Origin: Squalus acanthias
Lineage: Eukaryota
NCBI GenBank assembly: GCA_030390025.1
Contig: JASTWF010000033.1
Span: 1,924,001 to 1,988,000, forward strand
DNA: 64,000 bases
Reading direction: 5' to 3'
Shown: piece by piece, positions 41,801-53,833 of the stretch
How the letters are laid out: every line of letters begins with the position of its first letter
Position numbering within the stretch: position 1 is the stretch's first letter
Translations under genes and position numbers: made by a program
Notes under the pieces: model-generated
Told to the model about the DNA's origin: nothing
Database searches by the model: none
Seen by the model: only the letters and a program-made list of their open reading frames with translations

Positions 41801-41997
41801 TCCCCCTTGAGGATTCTGAAAACACGGTCCGAGACGTCACGGACCCTGGCACCCGGGAGGCAACATAGCATCCTTGAGTCTCTTTTGCTGCCACAGAACC
41901 TCCTATCTGTCCCTCTGACTATTGAGTCCGCAATAACTATTGCTCTCCTGCTCTCCCCCCTTCCCTTCTGAGCCACAGGGACGGACCCAGCGCCGGA
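38812..41997 (-). mobile_element. CR1 LINE with internal inversion (duplicate; inverted RT at 39148-39987 carries an extra G frameshift)
   Basis: Same architecture as 25309-28493. GATACA at 38806-38811 and 41998-42003. Confidence 0.93.
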
Positions 41998-43159
41998 GAT
42001 ACAATGACAGTGGGACTCGTGGCCATTCACAGTCTGTCCCTCTCCCAGAACACCCAATCCTCCAGATAACCATCCCACGGTCTGATACAATGACAGTGGG
42101 ACTCCTGGCCATTCACAGTCTGTCCCTCTCCCAGTGCACGCAGTGCTCCAGATATCCATCCCACGGTCTCATACAGTGACAGTGGGACTAGTGGCCATTC
42201 ACAGTGTGTCCCTCTCCCAGTACACACAATGCTCCAGATAAACATCCCACGGTCTGATACAATGACAGTGGGACTAGTGACCATTCACAGTCTGTCCCTC
42301 TCCCAGTACACACAATCCTCCAGATAACCATCCCACGGTCTGATACAATGACAGGGTAACTAGTGGCCATTCACAGTCTGTCCCTCTCCCAGTACACACA
42401 ATCCTCCAGATAACATTCCCACTGTCTGATACAATGACAGTGGGACTCCTGGCCATTCACAGTCTGTCACTCTCCCAGTACACACAATTCTCCAGATAAC
42501 CATCCCACGGTCTGAGACAATGACAGTGGGACCAGTGACCATTCACAATCTGTCCCTCTCCCAGTACACACAATGCTCCCGAAAACGTTCCCACGGTCTG
42601 ATACAATGACAGTGGAACGAGTGCCCATTCACAATCTGTCCTTCTCCCAGTACACACAATCCTCCAGATAACCTTCTCACGTTCTGATACAATGACAGTG
42701 GGACTCCTGGCCATTCACAGTCCGTCCCATTCCCAGTACACACAATCCTCCAGATAACCTTCCCACGGTCTAATACAATGAGAGTGGGACACGTGACCAT
42801 TCACAGTCTGCCCCTCTCCCAGTGCACACAATCCTCCAGATAACCATCCCACGGTCTGATACAATGACAGGTGGACTAGTGACCGTTCACAGTCTGTCCC
42901 TCTCCCAGTACACACAATCCGCCAGATAAACATCCCGCGGTCTGATATAATTACAGTGGGACTAGTGGCCATTCACAGTCTGTCCCTCGCCCAGTACACA
43001 CAATCCTCCAGATAACCATCCCACGGCCTGATACAATTACAATGGGACTCCTGGCCATTCACAGACTGTCCCTCTCCCAGTACACACAATCCTCCAGATA
43101 AACATCCCACGGTCTGATACAATGACAGGTGGACTAGTGGCCATTCACAGTCTGTCCCT
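41998..43159 (+). repeat. 86-bp minisatellite (duplicate; left part at 38624-38811)
   Basis: Matches 28494-29655. Confidence 0.95.
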
Positions 43160-43551
43160 ATCCTTCTCGTTTCTTCTAGCTACTCCCTTGGAAGATTGAT
43201 CAATGAGATCCACTACTGTTGTATAACCAGGGTCGTGTGTGGATTTGTAATCACATATCTACAGTACAAAGCAGCGCTGATGGCATTAACTATCAAAGGG
43301 AAAATATCACTCTCAGAAGTCTCCATGTTCAGTGAATATTAGAATCAAGTGAGAATTTGAAACACATTTTGGCCATTGTTCACTTTCCAGCGAGGTTTGC
43401 ATTAACTGAGTTTTAATTTCTGCATGCATCTCTATTGAAGCTGCGAATTAAATCTTGCAATATTTTACTGAATAGTGAAATGGTATTGAGAAGTTTTTTT
43501 TTGTCAATACAACGAATACTGAGAACCACTTTCTGTCTCTTCTAATTGAAG

Positions 43552-45289
43552 ATGTTCAACAGAAACACAAGGAAACACTCCGGGTACAAACTGAAACACT
43601 GATAGTGAACACTATCCTAATAAAGGAGAAGGTTAAGATTTTCCAGCTGGTTGATCGATACGCTGAGCTAACGGTCATTTCTACTGTGCGAGATCGGACA
43701 CTTGTAGAACATGAACTGCTGGCAAGAGGCCGAGACCATGAAGAGTGGAGAAAGCAACATCTCCGGGGAGAGCTGGAAAAAATCCGAACTGATCAATTGT
43801 TCCAGAGCAGTTTTTCACGGAGAAAATCCAATTCTGGGAGTTCAGGAGCAGTGAGCGGAGTCCCGGGGTTTGGAAAAACAACAATGGTGCAAAAGATTGT
43901 TCATGACTTGGCCACTGGGAAAATATACCCACACTTTCAATTTGTTTTCAGTTTAAAATTCCGGGATTTGAACGCTATTAACTGTAAAATAAACCTGAGG
44001 AATCTGATACTCTTTTTCTATCCTTACTTCGGGAAAGTTCTGGGAGAGCTCTGGAAGAACCCAGAGGGATTGCTGTTTATATTCGATGGTTTGAATTAAT
44101 TCAAGGACAGGATCGATTTTGCTGACACTCGGAGAAATACAGAACCTCAGCACATGTGCACAGATCCTGAAGACTGTTGTGAAGTGTCTGACATTGTGTA
44201 CAGTTTAATACAGCACAAGCTGCTCCCAGGATGTTCAGTGCTAGTGACCAGCCGCCCCAGTGCATTACATTTATTGGAAAAGGCTGAGATCAGTGTCTGG
44301 GCTGAAATCCTGGGATTTGTTGGTGAAGAATGGAAGGAATATTTCAACAAGTTTTTTGAAGATCAGACGGTGGCAGCAGCTGTTTTCAAACATGTGGAGG
44401 AGAACGAGATCCTGTACACCATGTGCTACAACCCTTCCTACTGCTGGATCCTCGGTCTGTCACTGGGTCCCTTCTTTACACAAAGAGACAGGAATCAGCA
44501 GCGAGTTCCCAAGACCATAACCCAACTATATTCGTACTATATTTACAACATTCTGAAAAACCATGGCCGAGAGATTGAAAGCCCCCGTGATGTGTTACTG
44601 AAGCTTGGTGAGATGGCCTTCACAGGAGTCTCCGAGAAGAAGATTGTGTTTGGAAATGGAGATTTGATCAAGTACAATCTGCAACCTTCCCAGTTCCTGT
44701 CTGGGTTCATGATGGAACTTTTGGAGAGAGATGAATCTGTCCAGAGCGTGGTGTACACATTCCCTCACCTCACCATCCAAGACTTTGTAGACGCACTCAC
44801 ACAATTCCTGACTCCAGATCCCGGGGACATCCTGAAACTCCTCAGAGAAACCCACAGCAAGGAAGATGGGCGATTTGAGATATTTCTCCGTTTTGTTGCT
44901 GGTCTCTCCTCCCCACAGGCAGCTCGGCCCCGAGAGGAGTTTCTGGGTCCATTTCTTCCTCAAACCACCTGCCGAGTGATTGACTCGGTGATGGGGATGG
45001 TTGAAGGACAGATTGGAAACACAGAGAGTGAAACTGGTAAAAGGAACCTCCTGAACACATTCCACTACCTGTTTGAGTCTCAGAATAAAGCACTGGCTCG
45101 GAACACAGTGGGATCTGTGGAATCACTTACATTTAGTAGATTGACATTGACCCCGATTGACTGTGCGGTCCTGTCTCACGTCATTGGAATCTGTGATACA
45201 ATAAAACACCTTGATCTACAGGACTGCAACATTGAGTGTGAAGGAATCCAGCGGCTGGGACCCGTACTGCACCAATGCCGGGTTATGAG
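43552..45289 (+). pseudogene. NACHT-LRR (NLRC3/NLRP-like) large NACHT exon with in-frame nonsense codon
   Basis: AG acceptor at 43550-51. Walker A GVPGFGKTT. Walker B LLFIFDGLN* (TAA 44097-99, expected DGLDE). Also VLVTSRP, CYNPSYCW and YTFPHLTIQDF in the same frame. Donor AG|GTAACT at 45290. Confidence 0.92.
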
Positions 45290-45967
45290 GTAACTGTTTA
45301 TTTGTATAACTGTTGGGTGAATTGTAGAACAGTCACGGATTGTGTTGTTGCTCCGTAATGAAGGGAAACAAACAGTTCAGTTAAACCACAGAGAAGCAGT
45401 TTCAAAACAAATATGTCCAATAATAAGAGGATCGGACAGTAATTCCCTGAGGACTGGAGAATCTAAAATTAATCCATAGTGAACAAGCAGGGATTTTACA
45501 GTCTTTATCAGATCAGCAAATACAGGTCACTGAGAGTCTGATAATTTAATTACAATAAATCATATTTAATAAGGCTGGACAGCGGAATGTAAACATAAAA
45601 TATAATCCGGCAATAAAGATAATAATTAATTTAATTTTTTTTCCACATCCACCATTTCAACTAGAAACAGGAGAGAAACCCGAGTTTAAATCATTAACAG
45701 TTCAATATTTACTCCAATACCGTGCAGGGTGTGTCCTGTCGAGGGGTTAGTTTCCTGGATTGGGAATATTGGGGAATCGGGAATTCTTTCAGCTGTAAAT
45801 GTTTACAATTATTCACAGTCCTGAACATTGAGTAAAGATTGATATTCAGGTTCTTAAACCTGCCGGTGAAAAGGTTCCAATCTAACCGGAGTACAGACAC
45901 ACACCGGCCAGCGGTGGGGCCTCGCACACAGCGGGCGGCTCCTGGGTAAACCGGGGGCAGTGAACCC

Positions 45968-46036
45968 GGGAATTCCCCATAATCCGCCCCCTGTGTGTGA
46001 GGCCCCGCTCGGGGAGGGAACTTCCGAAAATTCCCC
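45968..46036. promoter_or_regulatory. Putative NF-kB motif cluster with GC box
   Basis: GGGAATTCCC (45968-77), CCGCCCC (45984-90), GGGAACTTCC (46016-25), GAAAATTCCCC (46026-36). Motif match only. Confidence 0.35.
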
Positions 46037-46926
46037 AAAACCTGTCGGGCCAGTTACACCTGAAATAAATGTAGAGCCAGTTTAATGGGAATAAAGTGAG
46101 AGACTCTCCTCCCCTATAAACTAGGAGCACAGGGACATTTAAAACTTGTAACGGGACAGAATAAACTCTATTGCTGCTATTGACAAACATTCACTATAAG
46201 CCCTCTGACTCCCACAGCTACCTGGAATACACTTCCTCCCACCTCGCTTCCTGTAAGGACGCTGGTCCATTTTCCCAGTTTTTCTGACAATGCCACGTTC
46301 TATACTAGTGCTTCCGACATGTCTTCCTTCTTCCTCAGCCGTGGATTTTCCTCTACTGTGGTTGACACGGATCTTGACCGTGTCCGTTCTATTTCCCGCA
46401 CTTCTGCTCTCACCCCTTCCCCTCCCTCCCGGAACCACGATAGGGTTACCCTTGTCCTCAACTTCCACCCCACCAGCCTCCACATTCAACGGATCATCTT
46501 CCGCCATTTTCGCGACGTCCAGCGTGATCCCACCACCAAGCACATCTGCCCCTCACCTCCGCTTTCAGCATTCCGAAGGGACCGCTCCCTCCGCGACACC
46601 CTGGTCCACTCCGCAATCATCCCCAACATACCTTCCCCTTCCCACAGCACCTTCCCGTGCAAGCACAGGAGGTGCTACACCTGCCCTTTTACCTCTTCCC
46701 TTCCCACTGTCCAGGGCCCCAAACACTCCTTCCAGGTGAAACAGCGATTTTCTTGTACTTCTTGCAATTTAGTATGCTGTATTCGCTGCTCATGATGTGG
46801 TCTCCTCTACATTGGGGAGACCAAACGCAGATTGGCTGACCGCTTTGCAGAACACCTCCGCTCAGTCCGTAAGGGGGACCCCGAGCTTCTGGTCACCTAT
46901 CGCTTTAATTCTCCGCTCCACTCCCA

Positions 46927-47933
46927 GTCCCCAGCTGTTCACAATTTACATTAATGACCTGGATCAGGGAGTCGGATGCAGCATTTCCAAATTTGCAGAC
47001 GACACTAAACTAGGAGGGGGGGGTGGGCTCAGAGGAGGAGACCAGGAAGCTCCAGAGCGATTTGGACAGACTGGGTGATTGGGCGGTTAAATGGCAGATG
47101 CACTATAATGTGGACAAGTGCGAAGTTATCCACCTTGGGTGCAGGAACGGGAGGGCAAATTATTATTTAAATGGCAATAAATTGGGAGAGGGGGAAGTAC
47201 AGAGAGACCTGGGTGTTCTTGTACACCAGTCACTGAAGGCGAGCATGCAGGTGCAACAGGCGGTCAAGAAGGCAAACGGTATGCTGGCCTTCATAGCAAA
47301 AGGGTTGGAATACAGGAACAGGGATACCTTGCTGCAGCTGTACAGGGCACTGGTGAGACCACACCTCGAGTACTGTGTACAGTTTTGGTCGCCTCATCTG
47401 AGGAAAGATGTTCTTGCCATGTAGGGGGTGCAGCGGCGATTCACCAGGCTGATACCAGGAATGGCGGGATTGACCTATGAGGAGAGACTATGTAGTTTAG
47501 GGATGTACACACTGGAGTTTAGAAGATTGAGAGGGGACCTCATAGAAGTGTATAAAATTCTGACAGGTCTAGACAGACTAGATGCAGAAGGAATGTTTCC
47601 CTTGGCGGGTGAGAACAGAACTAGAGGACATAATTTAAGGATAAGGGCTAAACCATTTAGGACAGAAATGAGGGGGAATTTCTTCACTCAGAGGGTGGTG
47701 AACCTGTGGAACTCATTGCCACAGAGGGCAGTGTACGCCAGCTCATTAAATATATTTAAGAGGGAATTAGATATATTTCTACAGGCAAAAGGGGTTAAGG
47801 GTTACGGAGAGAAGGCGGGGACGGGATACTGAATTGGAGGATCAGCCATGATCTCATTAAATGGCGGAGCAGGCTCGAAGGGCCGGATGGCCTACTCCTG
47901 CTCCTACCTTCTATGTATCTATGTATCTATGTA
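46927..47933 (+). mobile_element. 5'-truncated CR1 LINE nested in the Penelope GIY-YIG domain
   Basis: PQLFTIYINDLD...KFADDTKLG, LVRPHLEYCVQFWSP and FFTQRVVNLWNSLP, with frameshift and stop. (CTATGTAT)n tail. Confidence 0.92.
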
Positions 47934-48339
47934 TGATCTCTCCATTCTCGGCCTCTTACACTCTTCCAACAAAGTACAACATAAGATCGAGGAACAGACC
48001 TCATCTTTCAATTATGAACGTTATAGCCTTCTGGACTCAACAACGAGTTCAACAATTTCAGACTATAAACTATTTTATTTTTTCATTATTGTTTTTCCCT
48101 CGCATGACAGCTGTTGATGATTCTGCCATTGCCATTCACACCTCATCTAGATTCATCTTTTGTTTTTTAACTTGTCCCATTACCAGCTCCTTTTGCTTGC
48201 ACCATCATCCCTTTTGTCTTTTAATCTCTCCTGTCTTCCACCCTCTCACAGACCTTCCCTTTTGTTCTTTCCTCCGCTCCCCCGACCTTTCCCGGCCCCG
48301 ACACTTGCTTAAAAATCTGTTACATCTGTAACTTTTTCC

Positions 48340-48376
48340 AGTTCTGACCAAGGGTCCTCGACCTGAAACATTAACT
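48340..48376 (+). ncRNA. Degenerate minimal type I hammerhead ribozyme motif in the Penelope terminus
   Basis: AGTT-CTGAcCA-A-GGGTC(CTC)GACCT-GAAAC-aTT-AACT. Helix I is AGTT/AACT and helix II is GGGTC/GACCT. Two core substitutions versus CUGANGA/GAAAC-GUH. Confidence 0.55.
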
Positions 48377-48738
48377 CTGTTTCTCTCTCTATAGATGCTG
48401 CCTGAGCTGCTGGGTATTTCCAGCATTTTCTGTTTCTATTTCAGAATAAATTCTCCTTGTTATATAAAATCCGGGGGGACTGATTTTACAGCAGCAGTTA
48501 GCGTTTCACAATATAACTCACCCCGGTTATATTATACAGATTAATATAATGCACAGAGTATAAAGTACAGGGAATCACCGCTTTATCATTGAATTCTGGG
48601 AAAATTGCCCCATTCCCTTAAAGTCCGGGAATTAAGGAGCAGCAGAAATGAGACACGTTTATCCAAACATGACGGGGCCGGTCACTGAGCTCCAGGAGGG
48701 TAATTCTGATCATCAGGGAATGAGACCGGACAGAGGGA

Positions 48739-50115
48739 CACCCGACCCCGACCCAACCCGCCACCACAGGACCCAACACCGACCCGACCCGACCCCGGCC
48801 TCACCCGGCCCGACCCCAACCCCGACCACACCCGACCCGACCTGGTCCCACCCGACCCGACCCCGGCCCCACCCCCGACCCCACCCGACCCCGACCCCGC
48901 CACCGACCCCACCCGACCCGCCACCGGCCCCACCCCCGACCCCACCCGACCCCGACCCCGCCACCGACCCCACCCGACCCGCCACCGGCCCCACCCCCGA
49001 CCCCATCCGACCCCGACCCCGCCACCAATCCCACCCGACCCACCACCTGCACCACCCCCGACTCCACCCAACCCCGTCCCCACCCCCGACCCCACCCGAC
49101 CGCAGCCCTACCCGACCCGCCACCGACCCGGCCCCACCCGACCCCGAGCCGACCCGCCCCCGGCCCAACCCGACCCGACTCCGATCCCGGCCTCCCCCGA
49201 ACCGACTCCGGACCCACCCGACCCCGGCCACACCCGGCCCGCCACCAACCAAGACCACACCCGACCCGACCCGGTCCCACCCGACACGAGCCCAGCCCCA
49301 CGCGACCCGACTCCGACCCCGACAACACCCGAGCCTACCCGACCACACCCGACCGGACCCGGTCCCAATCGACCGGACCCGGTCCCACCCGAACCGACCA
49401 CGCCCCCACCCGACCCGACTCCAACCCGACACCACCTGACCCGACCCCGGCCACACCCGACCCGCCACCGACCCCGGCCCCACCCGACCCGCCACCGACC
49501 CCGGCCCCACCCCTAACCAGCCACCAACCCCGGCCCCACCCGACCCGCCACCGACCCCGGCCCCACCCCTAACCAGCCACCAACCCCGGCCCCACCCGAC
49601 CCGACCCCGGCCCCACCCCGGCCCACCCGACCCGCCAGCGACCCCGGCCCCACCCGACCCGCCACCGACCCCGGCCCCACCCGACCCGCCACCGACCCGG
49701 CCCCGACCCCGGCCCCACCCCCAACCTGCCACCAACCCCGGCCCCACCCGATCCGTCCCCGGCCCCACCCCACCCCGGCCCCGGCCGCACCCCACCCCGG
49801 CCCACCCGACCCGCCGGCGACCCCGGCCTCACCCCCGACCCACCAGCGACCCCAGCCCCACCCGACCCGCCACCAACCCCGGCCACAGCCCCGACCCAGC
49901 ACCGTCCCCACCCGACGCGCCACCGACCCCGACCACACCCCCGGCCCCACCTGACCCCGGCCCCACCCCCGACCGCACCCGACGCCGGCCCCACCCGCCA
50001 CCCTACCCCGCCACCGGCCCGACCCCGACCACACCCGACCGCGACCCCACCCGACCCGCCACCAACCCCGACCCCACCCGACCCGCTACCGGCTCCGACA
50101 CCAACCGACCCGACC
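48739..50115 (+). repeat. C-rich low-complexity tract built from CCGAC/CCCAC/CCGGC-type short units
   Basis: ~1.4 kb of extreme C skew with very few T. Intronic. Confidence 0.9.
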
Positions 50116-50249
50116 AGGGGGGAAATCGCGGGGGGAAACCGCGTTATTAATGTCCTGAAGTACTTTCAGTGATTGCTGTAATATCCGAGAGAGAAAAATA
50201 TATCAGATCCGGGCTTTGATTCAGTTTGTTTCTCTCTGTTTGTGTTTAG

Positions 50250-50336
50250 ACTGTGGGACAATGAACTGGGAGATTCAGGAGTGAAACTACTGTCTGCGGC
50301 TCTGAGGAACCCGGACTGTAAAATACAGACACTGCG
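50250..50336 (+). pseudogene. NLR LRR exon (87 bp): LWDNELGDSGVKLLSAALRNPDCKIQTLR
   Basis: TTTAG acceptor and GTAAGT donor. Phase 2 matches the NACHT exon. Ribonuclease-inhibitor-type LRR. Confidence 0.9.
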
Positions 50337-50477
50337 GTAAGTACCAGACTGTGTGAGATTGTGTTTATAATAACTGGATGTTTGACACTGAACATTATTA
50401 TTAGTATCAGTAATAGTGTTATTAATAAACTCTGGGGATTTACTCTGATTCCTGTTATTTCTCTCTCTGATCCCCAG

Positions 50478-50645
50478 TCTATGGTCTGTCGATCTCACAA
50501 ATTCTGGTGCCGGGGATCTCGCCTCCGCTCTCAGTGCAATCCGCTCACTGACGGTTCTGGACCTGACATTAATCTCCTTCACAGACCGATCTGTCCCCGC
50601 TCTCCGCAGCCTCACACTGACCTGCCGGAGTCTGGTGCGGATCGG
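50478..50645 (+). pseudogene. NLR LRR exon (168 bp) with mutated donor: LWSVDLTNSGAGDLASALSAIRSLTVLDL...CRSLVRIG
   Basis: CCCCAG acceptor and 2x84 bp length. The expected GTGAGT donor reads CTGAGT. Confidence 0.82.
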
Positions 50646-50817
50646 CTGAGTGTTTGTGTTAATGCTTAATGTAATAAATAAAATATCAATGGGATTCAGT
50701 CACTGTTATAGGTAATATTGGTCTGTAATTATTATTGAAATATTAACCCCAGTCTCGCGGTTATTTACACTGATGTTCAATCTGTTTATTTCCTGTTTAA
50801 TCTTTAATCTGTTTCAG

Positions 50818-50917
50818 GCTGGGTGACAATCAGTTCAGTTCATCCGGACAGAAACAGCTGGAGTTACTGCGGGGAACAAGACCCGGATTGAGTGTGACCT
50901 TTACTGATTTAATTTAA
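50818..50917 (+). pseudogene. NLR terminal exon: LGDNQFSSSGQKQLELLRGTRPGLSVTFTDLI*
   Basis: TTTCAG acceptor, phase 2, LxxNxF LRR remnant, then TAA. Confidence 0.75.
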
Positions 50918-52039
50918 TTTAAGGGTTTCCCGCTCGAGCTGATCGCGTCATCGCCCAATGTGATGTTGGATGACCAGCCACAGGGTCACGTGACTCAGCC
51001 CCTCCCAGGCTGCACCATTTTAAAATGGATGTGAGAGTTTCTGCAAATTGCAGAGTCTGTGTGAGTGTGTGTCATGTTTCTGTAAATTTTAGTTCAATGT
51101 GGGTGGGAGGGAGTCTGTGTGAGTGAGAGACAGACAGAGAGTCAGTGAGAGCGAGAGCAACATGAAATCAAAAGGCAAGTAGCAGAATAGAAAGTCTGTT
51201 TCTGTAGTCCACAGAGTGTAAAGATAAGATACTGAAAAGTGTCTTTTTGGTTTTAAGCTTCCAACACGGCTGTCATCCCTCTGCAGGCTGGCCAGGCTGT
51301 GAGTGTGTGTACGTGAGAGAGAGAGAGAGAGGTCAAAAGCTGGTGTTTGTGTGAGATGTGGTCTGCTGTCTTATCACCTGCTGTTGTTGTAATAAAATCT
51401 ATTGATTTAATTCTAGCCCACATGAAATGCTGTTATGTATCACTTTATTGCAATTTATTTCACTTCACTTCAAGACAGACAGTCAGTCAGTGAGATACTG
51501 AAAAATGTCTTTGTGGACTGTCTGACAAAAGCTGCTCGGGGATCTTTGCATTCTTTTTATTCCACTCCACTCAATTCAAGACCAGGCAGGCTGGCAGTGA
51601 GAGAGACACATGAAATCAAGACAACATGCAGAATCGAAATAAAAACAGAAAATGCTGGAAATACTCAGTATATTAGGCAGCATCAGTGGAGATACAGATA
51701 AACTGATTAAATGTTTCACTCGATGACATTTCGCCAGAACCTTGCCAGAATCTGACAAAAGTTAATCGAGCTGAAACATCAACTCTGTTTCTCTCTCTCA
51801 CCACAGATGCTGCCTTACCTGCTGAGTATTTGCAGCATTTTCTGTTTTATTTCAGATTTCCTACATCCACAGCATTTGCTTTTGATGTAGAATTGAAAGC
51901 CTGTTTCTGTAGGCCGCAAAATGAAAAGATAAAATACTGGATACTGTCTGCTTTTAAACTGCCAAACAGAGCAGAGCAATGATAGAAATTAACTTTCTTT
52001 CATTGCTGACAGTGATTTGTGGCAATTTTGCAGGCTGGC

Positions 52040-52070
<31 letters not shown>

Positions 52071-53801
52071 CAAGCAGCAAAAGCTGGTGCGTATGCAGGG
52101 CTTGTCTGTGTTCAAGTTATCTGCCGTGTGCATTGGTATTGCATCTCATGTCTGAAGAAAACAGAAAGTATACACCATTAGAACAAACTGATTTCATTCC
52201 AGATTGCGCTGTTGGTGCATCTTATTTTGCCTTTCTTTCAAGAATTTAGTAAAAAGCAAATCTACATATATACATCAAGCCATTTGATATTTTTCTGGAC
52301 TGGACTTTATTGGGGAATGTTTGTGGATTGTTTCATGGCGCATCCTGGTTTGTGGGATCTTACTCTCCCCTTCAGCCCAACTCAAACAAGACAAGACCTT
52401 TAAAAAAAATATATAGCTGTTATATTTTTTACATTATTTTCAGAATAATCCATTTGATTTTTTTCTGGACTGGGCTTTATTGGGGAATGTGCTTGGGACG
52501 TTTTCAGAGCAAAAGCTACTGTGCGATCTTTCCATTCATTTTATTACACTCCAGGCAAACCACAGACAGGCAGACATTTAGTGAACAGAATTAAAGTATA
52601 CATATTATTTATTCCTGATTATTTACTTCTTTTCACCCTCCCGGGCTTTCATTTCCTCTCGGGGACCCGGATTTCTGGGGCCTCAGCTTCACTTCTTCCT
52701 GTTTGATTGACCTCATCAAACATGGACGCAGCGCGAGGAAGTGAAATCATCAAAAACTGACACTCCAGGCTGCACCCCTTTCAAATTAAATGTGTGTGTG
52801 TCTGTTTCTGCAAATTGCAGATTCTGTGTGAGTGTATGTGTCATGTTACTGTAAATTTTAGTTCAATGTGGGTGGGAGGGTGTCTGTGTGAGTCAGACAG
52901 ACAGACAGTCAGTGAGAGGAAGAGAGACATGAAATCAAAAGGCAAGTAGCAGAATAGAAAGCCTGTTTCTGTAGGCCACAAAGTGAAAAGATAAGATACT
53001 GAAAAGTGTCTTTTTGGTTTTAATCTTCCAACACGGCAGTCATCCCTCTGCAGGCTGGCCAGGCTGTGAGTGTGTGTGAGACAGTTAGAGGGCAAAAAGC
53101 TGGTGTTTGTGTGCAATGTAGTCTGCTGTCTTATTACCTGCTGTTGTTGTATTAAACCCTATTGATTTCATTCTGGCCTGGTACAATGCTGTTGTGTATC
53201 ACTTTATTGCATTTTATTTAATTTCACTTCAGTTGAAGACAGACAGTCAGACACTGAGATACTGAAAAAAGTCTTTGTGGACAGTCTGTCTCTGGGCTTC
53301 TTGCATTCTTTTTATTCCACTCTACTCAAATCAAGACAAGGCAGGCTGGCAGTGAGAGAGACACATGAAATTAAGACAACATGCAGAATAGAAATTAAAA
53401 CAGAAAATGCTGCAAATACTCAGTATGTTAGGCAGCATCAGTGGAGATACAGAGAAACAGTAAATATTTCAGCTTGATGACCTTTCGTCAGAACCTTGCC
53501 AGAATCTGACAAAAGGTAATCGAGCTGAAACATTAACTTTGTTTCTCTCTCTCTCTCCACAGATGCTGCCTTACCTGCTGAGTATTTCCAGCATTTTCTG
53601 GGTTTTTTTCAGATTTCTCACATCCACAGCATTTGCCTTTGATGCAGATTAGAAAGCCTGTTTCTGTAGGCCGCAAACTGAAAAGACAAAAATACTGGAA
53701 ACTGTCTGTTTGCTTTTAAACTGCCAAACAGAGCAGAGTAATGATAGAAATCAACTTTCTTTCATTGCTGACAGTGATTTGTGGCAATTTTGCAGGCTGG
53801 T

Positions 53802-53833
<32 letters not shown>

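Larger units (their letters stand above)
16797..43937. repeat. Tandem segmental duplication, ~13.5 kb (copy 1 16797-30432, copy 2 30431-43937)
   Basis: ORFs repeat at offset 13503/13504. The differences I saw are a G7/G8 run (26401 vs 39904), a few SNPs and ~131 bp of satellite units. Confidence 0.95.
46180..48444 (+). mobile_element. Penelope-like retroelement 3' fragment (RT C-terminus, GIY-YIG endonuclease, 3' terminal region), interrupted by CR1
   Basis: HYKPSDSHSYL, FRRDRSLRDTLV, PCKHRRCYTC and NLVCCIRCS*CGLLYIGETKRRLADRFAEH. Resumes as DLSILGLLH at 47934. Terminus is CTGACCAAGGGTCCTCGACCTGAAAC...CAGCATTTTCTGTTT. Confidence 0.88.

Noticed and set aside
45855..45905. Minus-strand peptide LRLDWNLF as an LRR exon
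   Set aside because: Wrong strand for the NLR, a single short motif, and no acceptor or 84/87-bp exon structure.
48648..50034. Pro-rich and Gly-rich ORFs (extensin/collagen-like)
   Set aside because: Translation of a low-complexity C-rich tract, open in several frames on both strands.
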